This document shows, piece after piece, positions 53,901 to 63,862 of a DNA stretch of 63,862 nucleotides (positions are counted from its first letter, which is position 1; the number at the start of each line of letters is the position of its first letter). The position numbers were made by a program, and so were the translations under genes. This stretch comes from Rhynchobatus australiae (lineage: Eukaryota): NCBI GenBank assembly GCA_034780895.1, contig JAUZTB010000069.1:5978830-6042691 (forward strand), given 5' to 3'. The notes beneath the pieces are model-generated. The model was not told the origin of the DNA. It saw only the letters and a program-made list of their open reading frames with translations, and did not search any database.

Positions 53901-54719
53901 AATTATGCATATTCTCATTTCCAATGGGCCAACTGATCTTTTATCTACCCCAATACGTTATCTCCAATACCATAACCTTTTGTGTCACAACAGGCAGAAG
54001 TCAAAGAATTCAACAGTTTAGTAAAAGTCTGTCTCAATTTCACTCTGTCACACAATTGTCCAGTTTGCAATTCAGCACACTTACATCCCATCATTGTGAA
54101 TGTTTTTCCATAACTTTTCCATTCAACTTTCCAACTTGCTCTGTTAAACTTACAACAACAATAGTAATTACTTTGGAGCAGACAAACTATTATCAGTTTC
54201 CAAATTATCATACTCCCCAACCTTCTGAATTCTAATGAACCCTTTGGTGCATCAACAGGCAAACAGAGGTGATTTTACAAAATGATAATTGTTAATGATT
54301 ACCATTTAATAAAATGAATACACGCAGGAGAAGACTGTGTTCAGTTGAGCCAACCTTCAATAATATCATTGCTGATCCTTGATGACAAATCCACTTTTTC
54401 CATCGAATCTCTGCACTTTAGATTTTGTGAGATCAACAATCTGAAGGTGGGGTGATAGAGCATGGAGGGGGCTATTTGGGCAGTCATAAACTGGGCCAGT
54501 TAAAAGATAAAGAACCCTAAATGCTGATTCAAGGAATATTTTATTTTTAAGATTTCCCAAATTGCAGGAGAGTTTCAGGAAAATAGTTGCAACAGGTAGG
54601 TTGATGGGCATCTTCACAAGATCACCGAGGCCATTGTGAAACAATGGCTTAGTTTGGAAAACAAACTAATTCCAAAAGACCAGGGCACAATAAGTTATAA
54701 TATTTTTTGATGCAATTCA

Positions 54720-55170
54720 ACAATTACAAATTGACAGTGGCTTTAATACAGTTAAAGGAAAGTTGGACAACACCTCACAGGTGATCTACCAAACCAAATG
54801 TGGAACCAGCCACATGGAGATATTACGACAAATGACCAAAAGCTTGACCAAAGAAGCATGTTTTATGAAGTGCCTTGGAGGAGGGAAGGGTAGAGGGGTT
54901 AACGGTGGGAATAATATCAAAGCAGTTAAGTGTGTGGTCACTCTTGTCATGGGTGTCTAAGATCAGACTTGCACAGTGTTAGAATTGAAGGAGAATGTCT
55001 CTTGAAAGGTTGCTGGGCTGGAGAATATTACAGGGATACAGTGAAAGTGAGCTTTAAAAACTAGGATGAAGATTTATAAGTTGAGGTACTGCTGAATCAG
55101 GAGCCAGTGCAGGTCAGTGATTGGTAAACAGGAGAGTATGGATTCAGGTGAATGAATGACAACAGAAAGT
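54720..55170 (-). mobile_element. Degenerate L2-like LINE 3' end
   Basis: ggagatattacgacaaatgaccaaaagcttg and aggagccagtgcaggtcagtga resemble reverse-strand L2 3' ends; recognised by resemblance only. Confidence 0.5.
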
Positions 55171-56079
55171 TTAAGTCAAGCTCAAGAAAAACTTTTGGTT
55201 ACATAAGTTCCAGCATCTTTTCATCAAATTCTTTAACATGAAAGTGCATTGGTTGAAATCTCAAAACATTTTAATAATCTTTTGCAGTTTCTGCTAATGA
55301 ATATGTAATCAGTCATGAAATCCAGATGATTTGGTTCATTTGCAAGTTCAGAGAATAATCTTACTATAGATTTAATTGTCACGACAGGACAAACTGAATC
55401 ATGGACCTTATTGTTCTGTTTATTATTTTTCTTCTGACTTGAGGGCTCCAATTCGTTCAGCTGAAACCACTGGTTTTTCACCACTAGCAGGGCATGGAGC
55501 AATCTTCTCACTCATCAAAATGAGCAAGGACAAGGTGGGGCTGACAGAGGGGCAACTTGATGACAAATCAGAAACATTAATAAGGTCTGCATTTTGTTTT
55601 TAAAAAGGAAAAACACAGTAAAAACACTAGTGTCTCAGGAGTGGCTCATAGCTGATGGAAAACATATCCAATATCATTTGAGAGCGCAAAGGCTTATTTT
55701 TCTGGATACAATGGCCACAGGAATAACCATGTGATGAGGCCAGGAAAGTGATTAGCCATATTATTTACTTTGAGTACAACCAATTCTTGCAAAAATGTAC
55801 ATCCTTATTAGCTTAGTAATACATTAAAAATATTTCTCTACAGAAGTTAAGCAATGATGCTTTCCAACTGGAATTATAACAACCTATGATAGAATAAAAG
55901 AAAAACAATTAAAATTAATCATGTCACTGCAGACTATAATATCATGATACACCTCAGCTATCACTAGCCACAAAACCAAGGCAAAATTTAAAACAGATCA
56001 GATCAAAGCTCTTCAGCCTTGCCATATCCAGTCATGAATCATAGTAGACAATGAAAAACTCACTGGAGATGACAAATGT

Positions 56080-57480
56080 TACTCAATGTCAGGGTAGTCC
56101 AGCATCTATGTAAAAGCCAAAGTTGAAACTCTTGCGACCATATTCAAGCAAGAGCGTCAAGTAAATGATCATTTCAGCCTCCTCAGATCCCCAAAGAAGC
56201 CAGTCGTCCACCAGTTCTCTCAAACTGACACCAAACAGTGTTCAAGCAAAGGCCATAGGTCTAAACAATCTCCAATGTGAAAAGCTGTCCTCTCCTTAAC
56301 TAACCTCCTGTTTAACAACTAAAACAACAGCATTCTACTAGAAAAGTTGAACATGCCATCCACAAAATGTTGAAAATAGTACCTGGATTTTTGGCCCTTT
56401 CAGCCTGCCTCGCCTGCCAATATAACCATGGCTGATCATCAAAAGTCAGTTCCTCATCCTGCTTTCTTCTCCTTTCACTTGTTCTCATTTGCCATTAAAT
56501 ACACTGAAGTTGGATATAGTACTAATGACCTGACTTCACTTGCCTTCTGTGGTCGAGAATTCCACAGTTTCACCACTTTGAGAAGCAGAAGAAATCCAAG
56601 GTGGCCATCTAATGTCCCATCAGCATTCCCACATTATCAAAATGATGGCAGGGTTGCTGAAAGTGCCACCTATCAATGACATGTTTACTGTTGCATTGTT
56701 GGGTTCTGTCAGGACCATTCCGCTCCATATTTCATTACAACCTTGGTCCAAATGTGGACAAGTGAATCCAATTTCAAGAAAGGTGAAAGTACTAATCTTT
56801 CAGATTAATCAACTGAAGCATCAATTTCTAATAAAATTGAAGTTAATAAGAATGGTGGGGCTGGGGACGCAAATAATTGTCACTAGTTCTGAGTCAAACC
56901 TTGCACAAACATTGTGCTTACTGGAGGGCAGTCGGGCAAAACCCCAGCACATTATTCCAAGAGTTCCTCAGGGCAGCGTCCTGAATCCAACCATCTTCAG
57001 TTGCTGCTTCATCACAACACAACTTCCATTGTTCACCCAGAAACAAATATTTGCAGGTGAATGCACAGCTTTTAGTTCTATTCATAATACTTTACAAAAT
57101 TAAATCATCTGCACCTGAAATGTTAGAAAAACCTAGACAACATTTAGGCTTTGGCTAATAAACACATGTAACATTTGCACCTGCATAGAGCAATCATTAG
57201 CAGTAAAAACAACCTATCACTTATCTTTGACATTCAATGGCAGTACCATTGCTGAATTCCCTACATTTACCACAAACTTGCTTGGACCAGCCACATCAAT
57301 AACACATTGACCAAGAGCAAATCCACAGCTGGGTAATCTGTGGTGACCGACTCATCTTACTTTTCAACACCTTTCAGTCTACAAGGCACAAGTGTGGGTC
57401 CTCATTGCCTTGGGTGTTCAAGTCCAACAGCACAAGAAACAGTGCCCTTGATAAATCAGCCAGCCTGATTGGCAATCCAT
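56080..57480 (+). mobile_element. Degenerate LINE RT region (CR1/L2 group)
   Basis: ORF 56612..57103 contains VPQGSVLNPTIFSCCF and IFAGECT (GVPQGS and FADD motifs). Confidence 0.7.
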
Positions 57481-57495
57481 GTGAAAAACAGCCCT

Positions 57496-57815
57496 GACGT
57501 GATAGATGTAAATCGAATGTGGCCTCTTTGACACACATTTTGGTCCTGTCCTCTTTTGGAAAAATACTGGAAAGACATTTTCAACATTATTTCAAATGTC
57601 TTGAAGATTGATTTACAACCTCACCCNNNNNNNNNNNNNNNNNNNNNNNNNNNNNNNNNNNNNNNNNNNNNNNNNNNNNNNNNNNNNNNNNNNNNNNNNN
57701 NNNNNNNNNNNNNNNNNNNNNNNNNNTCCAGATCTCTTTGTAATACATGTACGAACTTTGATGCTATATACCAATTTGTATTGATTTGAAAACTAATAAA
57801 AAAAAGATTGAAAAA
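57496..57815 (+). mobile_element. 5'-truncated L1-clade LINE with 13-bp TSD (contains a gap)
   Basis: Decayed zinc knuckle (xDRC...THxxWSCP) and LEKYWKDIFNIISNVLKIDLQPHP; AATAAA plus A-rich tail; GAAAAACAGCCCT at 57483-57495 and 57816-57828. Confidence 0.82.
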
Positions 57816-57939
57816 GAAAAACAGCCCTCAAGTTCCTGGACAAGTAGCCAAGGGTTCCAAGGATGTGCTCTACAGCCTTCAGACAGACATTCCTTTCTTT
57901 GCAGCGATTTTAATGCCTCTCTTTGACCACAGATGCAGA

Positions 57940-58300
57940 CTTTATTTCTTCATTCACAGGATGTGGAAGTCACTGGCAAAGCTGACTCTGATTATCCCAA
58001 TTAACACACAAATTGACTTACTTGCAAGGCTGTTTCAGGAGGTAGTTAAGAGTCAACGATAGTGATGGATCTGGAGTCACACGTAGGGATACAAGGGTGA
58101 CAGATTTATTCCGAGTGACATTGGTGAACTAGTTAGATTTCAATGATAATTCAGTAGTTTCATTGGTATCAATAGTAAGACTTTAAAAATTCTGAATTCA
58201 GTTTAATTTCCATTGCCCTATAGATGTGCTGAGATTCAAACTTGATCTTTCATTTCTATAAATCAAAACCAGTCCAGTAATGTTATTCTGGCCATCTTTC
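57940..58300 (-). mobile_element. Degenerate tRNA-derived SINE
   Basis: agttaagagtcaac...tctggagtcacacgtagg and gagattcaaac (box-B-like on the minus strand). Family recognised from memory. Confidence 0.5.
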
Positions 58301-59088
58301 CTCTCTACTCTCAGTCCTGATGCAAGTTTCGATCTGAAATGTTGACAGCTCTGCCCCCCTTCCACCCCATATGTTGCTCGACCTGGTGAGCAGCAAGCTA
58401 TTCAGAATTCACAAGTCAAACTACAATCAAGTTTAAAACACACAACCTATTTATTCACCAAAACCATTTAACCGTTCCTCACATTTTCCATTTCCAGTCC
58501 ATCTTCAGCTCCTGTACCAATTAAGCCTTTATTCATGCTTTGGCATCTCTTGGACGATTTCAACTCCCACCTTGAGATGGTCCACTTCAGGCTTCAAAGA
58601 ATTCTGACTTGCCCAAAAGTCATTGCATTCTGCTTGCCTATTATCCTTTCCATTGTACATCGGTTCCAACACAAGTTGTCACATTCAAATCACTCCTTGA
58701 CTCACTCCAGCCAATCTCTAGCACATCCTACAACTGTGCAAAGCTTCCCACAATCTTTCAAGCCTCTAATTGTTGACTTTGCACATCTTCCCACCCTCCT
58801 TTGCTCAACAATAATTTTTGATATTTGTGCCAAGCCAAGGACTGCCTGCAGATTGCACTGTAGATTCCAAGTTGAAAGCCCCTCAAGATGAAACAAAATT
58901 GACTGATAAAAAGAAAGCACACTAATGTGTTGACCTCGAAGGAAATCAAACCTAAAATTGCATTATTTAACCCTGTTGGTAACCTGGGAAAGTGTAGAAC
59001 CTACAAGTTTGAATATATTGCAAAACAAGACAGGAATACAAAAGGAAAAAAAACATTCCACATAAAAGAAATAAGGTGCTTTAATTAC

Positions 59089-59261
59089 TTCAGCTTGGGT
59101 TCACGTCCTTCACTGGTGTACTGCCAGCAGAGTAAGCCAATCAGATCTTGAACCCTTGCATTTGCCATTGTTACCACGGTCATTGGCTGCATCTTATCTT
59201 GGCTTGTCTGCATAGGGAGGTAGACATCAATATTTTTGGTTGCTGTGGTACCTATGTGGCC
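59089..59261 (-). CDS. MAPKAP1: MAPKAP1 coding exon, 173 nt (approx. human exon 5), CRIM domain N-part: [57 protein letters not shown](N)
   Basis: Acceptor ttttcctcctcacag|GGC and donor CTGAA|gtaatt. Peptide lies within ORF 59085..59330(-) and closely matches recalled human [58 protein letters not shown]. Confidence 0.97.
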
Positions 59262-59439
59262 CTGTGAGGAGGAAAAACAACAAAAACATTTTAAGTGGTC
59301 AAACAGAGAAATATTCATTTGTGAGTGCACTTCATATAATCATGCCAATTTACTTTGAGATGAAAACACTATTCAGCATATAAATGAGCTGACTGCAGTG
59401 GAAGTACTTCACCACAACATACAATACTTCTTTACATTT

Positions 59440-60380
59440 ATGACAATGAGAACACAAGAAATAGCTGAAGACCACTTGGCTCTTTGTGTCTGCTTTGCCA
59501 TTTGTCAAGAAGACTGGTCATCTTCTAACTAAACTCTATTTTTCCCTCCTATTCAGATATCTCCTGCTTCCCATACTGTCCAGTTATCTGTTGCCCTCTG
59601 TTTTGAGCAAAATCGCTGACCCTCTGGGGGTAAAGAATTCTGCACCCTGTGTGAAGAGATTCTCATTTCAGTCCTAAATGGCTTATCTCATTTGGAGACC
59701 GACCGGTTTTGGTATTCTTCAGCCAGGGGAAGGAAACACCCTTCCCGTGTCCAGCTTATTTAGCTCTCTAAGGCTTCAAGTTTCAATGAGATCTCCTCTC
59801 ATCCTTCTTAGTTCTGCAGAATAGAGGCTTGGTCCACTCCATCTCTCCTCATGTGGCAGACCTGCCATTCCTGCAAGCAGTCTAGTCAATCTCTGCTGCA
59901 CTCCCTCCACATAGAGGATTTCATTTTTTTTAAATTATGACCAAAGCTGAAAACAGTGCTTCGGGTGAAATCTCACTGAGGCCCTGTATAATTTCAGTAA
60001 GACAGCTTTAGCTTGGTCAGAAATTCACTCTCAATTACAGTTCACATACTATTTACCTTCCAAATGGCTGGCTGCACCTGCGTGTTGGCTTTCAGTGGCT
60101 TTTGTACTAGGACTCAGATCCCTTTGAGTATCAAAATTACCACATCTGTTTTTCTGTTTTATGCATGAAAGTGGATAACTTCACAATCTGCTACAATAGA
60201 TTGTGCCCAGCAGGTTCTAGCCCACTCAAAGGTGGTCTAAATCCCCTTGAAGACTTCTTACATCCTTTTCAATCCATTTACATTTGTATCAGCAACATAT
60301 GTGCTTAACTGTTCATATAGATGGTGAATAGCCAGGGTTCACTGCAGTACCACACTAATCCCAGCCTACCGACCGGAGAA
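59440..60380 (-). mobile_element. Old CR1 fragment beginning ~180 nt upstream of the exon acceptor at 59261
   Basis: Tail acacaagaaatagctgaagaccacttggc; ccctgtgtgaagagattctcatttcagtcctaaatggc is shared with 32615-32652. Confidence 0.7.
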
Positions 60381-63300
60381 CAATTAATCGAGATCTCATT
60401 AAATGCTTCAGCATGCTGAAGAGGCCAAGTAGTCTACACCTGAGCCGAATTTGCATACAACAAAGCTAAAGCTGAAATAAAAGGGAACGCTGGAAATATC
60501 GAGCAAGTCCAGCAGCAGCTATGGTGAGAGACCCCAGTGTCTCAGGTTGATCACCTTTCATTAGAATTGGGGTGACAGAGTTAAGAGGTGGACTGGAAAA
60601 CAGTCGGGAGGGGGAGGAAAGCACGGGGGAAGCTTCCTGATAGGCTAAAAAACAGAATAAATTAAATGACAAAAAGGATGACAGCACAGCCTATCAAAGG
60701 CTACGAATCTAAAACTGCAAAATTGTAAATGATCTTTTAATCAATTTCAAGATTACAATCACATGCATCTATTGGATTTTGTCATTAACCAGGAAGGCAC
60801 CACATTAAAATGATATATAAATAAAGAAGCAAGATCAATCACTGCTGTGCAGAGAATCTTTTTCACCAAATGAAAATACGTTTTAATTGAGTTCAGAGTC
60901 TAGATTTTCCAATCAGTTATTTTAATACCAGCAGGAACACATTTAAAATAAATGTTCTGCTTAACAAGGCACGTAAATGGGATACTCCCAGTAATATAAT
61001 AATGCCAATCAGAAAATCTAGTTTCAAGAGTCACACTTCAAAGTATTAAAAAGGGCATTCTGACCTCCAGCTGAAATAAAAGCAACACACAATCAGGTAC
61101 CTGACTTAACAAGTGAGAGTGTCGGGTTCAAGCCAAGTAAAGCTGCAATTTAAAAGCACAATAGTATAAATTGCATTTTTAATGCTGCAATGCCCATAAA
61201 ACCATTCACCCCACCTCACTGCAATCAACACAAGCTTTAGGCACCTTTGGTGGGTCACAAAAACTGTCTGAGTCTAAAAAAGGTTTATGCAGAACAGTAC
61301 AGCACATAAGGCACCATTAAGTCCAACTGTGCCTTTGCAAGCATTTTGGTAGATTTTCCAGTTAATCTCAATCCCCTGGCTCTTCCCTCATGATCTTGTT
61401 GATTTTACTTTTGAAGAATTCATCCAAATCTCTACTCAAAACAAACTAAATCTAGTTCCACGATCGTTCGACCCACTCTATTCTAAACTGCAGTAGTCAC
61501 TGTATAGTGTGTACCCTCAGTGTTGCCCTTGGTTATCTGGAAACTCTCAGGGGCAGTTGGTGTGCAAAATATTTACCAATAACATTGGCATTGTGAATCA
61601 GCCAATTCAAAATGGCCTTTTCAATAGTATTTTGAATGTGCTCTTCAGCTCTTTGTTAAATCATCAACCATAATTTCTTTGGTGTTCTTGGATTCATATG
61701 CATCAGTCTCCTAAATAAACAAGGTGTATGCGGCACTTTTGCAATAGCTTTCTCATGTCCTAATTCCGCAAGTTATATAAAGCAGTTTGGATCTTTTTTC
61801 CCCGCAACTGTTTTCTCCTGTAGGGGGACCACATCTCTAATGAGAACCTCTCTGACAGCCCAAAAGCTCAATAAGCAAGGAGCTGCAGGGAAACTGTACC
61901 ACATTACTGCTCAGCGCAGCTAATCAAATGAAGTCTGACTGGACCACAGGGTGCTTCCAGTGCAGAATGATAAAAATCAGGTTAAAGAAAACACTATAGC
62001 ATGGAAGTCCAATGTTTTAAAACAGTGCAGATATTTCCAAGAGTTGCTTTAAGCCCAATCTGTACAACAGTAGCCACATTTGCTCATTGCTGTTAATATA
62101 ACAGTACTTCAGATGTAAAAAATGGCTAAGTGAAACAATTGTCTGCATTCAATATCCACATGATGGTGGACACATGCTGCTCATTGCCTCACACACCATT
62201 TGATGACCTACTAAATTAGATGTGACACCTTATAGGCTGCACAGTACACAATTACTAATATTTTAAATTAGCATTTCATTGATCCACACATTCATAGCAG
62301 TAAAAAAAATACAGACCAGAATGTCTCAAAAGGTTAATACTTCTCAATTGTTGATCTATGTGTGAATTGACTAAAATTAGATCTTTTTGAAAGATGAATG
62401 AATTAAAGGCAATATTTTGCACTCAGGACCCTTCCAATCATTGCAGAAGTCACTGAGATGTCTATTTTTGGGAGCAAACATAAACCAAGTATCACTTTGG
62501 GAATATTAGTGTCAGTTATCACACAAGGCAAAGGTAAAAGTTGTTTTAATGCCAGCCTCAAGAGCATCAAATTTTGCCATTGCCATAATGGCCACCTTGA
62601 TCACCCTTTCTGTGTGAGACTTAATTCATTGCTGATCCGGGTTTATTAAGACTGTTCAGTTCTGGAACCTTCAAACTGGCAGTCAGGATACTGTCAATTT
62701 GCTACCTTAAGGTCGATGGACCAACTACATAAAATAGGGCTCCAAGATCACAACAAATTTGAACTCTTGAAGAAATATCCAGGGGATAAAGTCCTATAAC
62801 AACTGTATTGCAGATCATAATTCATACCATGTCCCACATAGAATTTCAATCAACATTTTTTAAAGATGCTGTACATTTTACCCTCATTATATTGTGCAGA
62901 TCTACTGATAAATACATTTTCACATGTCCCAGGGAAAATTATTACAATAAAAAGTACTATGAGTAACACTCAAATTATTACAACATGATTAAAGTAGTTT
63001 TACCATCATGAATAAGAGACAAAAAATATCCTTTTCGATATACAGTGACTTATTCAAGCAATGTAAAAATGAAAGTAACAACAGTGTGTGCTTGTGATTC
63101 AAAAAATGAGCATTCATCCACACTGCAGAGATAAAACCTATGTTGAGAAGATCTAGGCCACATAAATAATTCACAGTTACATGATCTATTCCATTAATGC
63201 CATATTCCATACTGATAACACAACATCATTGCCAAGTAATTCCAGAGGTGTTCAAATGTAATTTTTTTTAAAACTTCTATCTCTTTAAATCACTTTCTAG

Positions 63301-63862
63301 AAAAATCAATAAGCTTTAAATGTTAAAATAGGATTTTTATCACCATAAGAATGAATTACACATTCCAAACTCTATTAATCCTTGGAGAACAGGGTGCTCC
63401 TCAAAGACTTAAATGTCGATGTAAAGATTTAATCAAATACTATTGGAGAAACATATTCTTCAATCCATTATCAGATGATGTATCACTAGATAGAGGTTGC
63501 AGGACAGTCATTAATACTCTTGTAAATTACTAAAAAGAACCATTTCATAACATTCAATTGCTAAGCCATTTAAGAAAGCAATAAAACGTATCAAAAATTT
63601 ACATTTTATTGTTGACGAAGACTGCAGTTATTTGACCAAATTAATTTTGAGAAAGGACAAAATATTTTGAACTATTTATTTCCTTGTTATACAGAGAGAT
63701 TTCTGTGCAGGATAAGTGACCATTAGTGTTTTGGGGGAAAAAAGGCAGTTTAAAAACTTTCCAACTTCAAACGAAGTTGCCAAACTGCTCCTTTATTTCA
63801 CAAGATTTGAGATTTTGAAAACCACAGCATACATACTTGACAGATTTTCAAAAAACAAACAC

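Larger units (their letters stand above)
1..63862 (-). other. MAPKAP1: Internal portion of the MAPKAP1 (SIN1) gene: four coding exons and introns of 17,318, 14,499 and 25,667 nt (gap Ns included); gene start and end lie outside the window
   Basis: Four minus-strand exons splice in frame with matching phases (0/2, 2/2, 2/1, 1/1) to give 571 nt encoding [10 protein letters not shown]...[14 protein letters not shown]...[18 protein letters not shown]...EFCLVREY, which I recognise as SIN1. Confidence 0.96.

Noticed and set aside
59262-63862. Search for the next upstream MAPKAP1 exon (…NNPFNEYSKFDGK)
   Set aside because: Not seen by eye; probably lies outside the window.
1-63862. Prokaryotic-type systems (CRISPR arrays, operons), tRNA/rRNA genes
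   Set aside because: The DNA is vertebrate and intronic; I saw no regularly spaced repeats or intact structural RNA genes.

Overview
This is vertebrate genomic DNA from a gappy draft assembly. The repeat content (CR1, Rex1/Babar, L2, Deu-type SINEs and Penelope-like palindromes) points to a cartilaginous fish, by inference. The window lies entirely inside MAPKAP1 (SIN1, mTORC2 subunit) on the minus strand. I found four consecutive coding exons by hand: 59261-59089 (173 nt), 41770-41594 (177 nt), 27094-26982 (113 nt) and 1314-1207 (108 nt). All have GT-AG boundaries and splice in frame to encode the CRIM domain and the Ras-binding domain. Only the 59 kb exon appears in its true frame in the ORF track; the other ORFs are retroelement debris, chance ORFs or N-gap artefacts. 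The long introns contain four things worth checking. First, repeat-free AT-rich blocks carry PBX/MEIS/HOX-type motifs, including a perfect TGATTGACAG decamer, and are candidate conserved enhancers (MAPKAP1 neighbours PBX3 in mammals). Second, a nested CR1-in-CR1 insertion forms a spacer-less inverted repeat with ~0.8 kb arms. Third, Penelope-derived hairpin elements have 13-14 bp target-site duplications and decayed hammerhead-ribozyme cores. Fourth, an L1 3' end has a 13-bp TSD. I see no convincing new multi-gene system. Repeat family names and human comparisons are from memory, not from searches.
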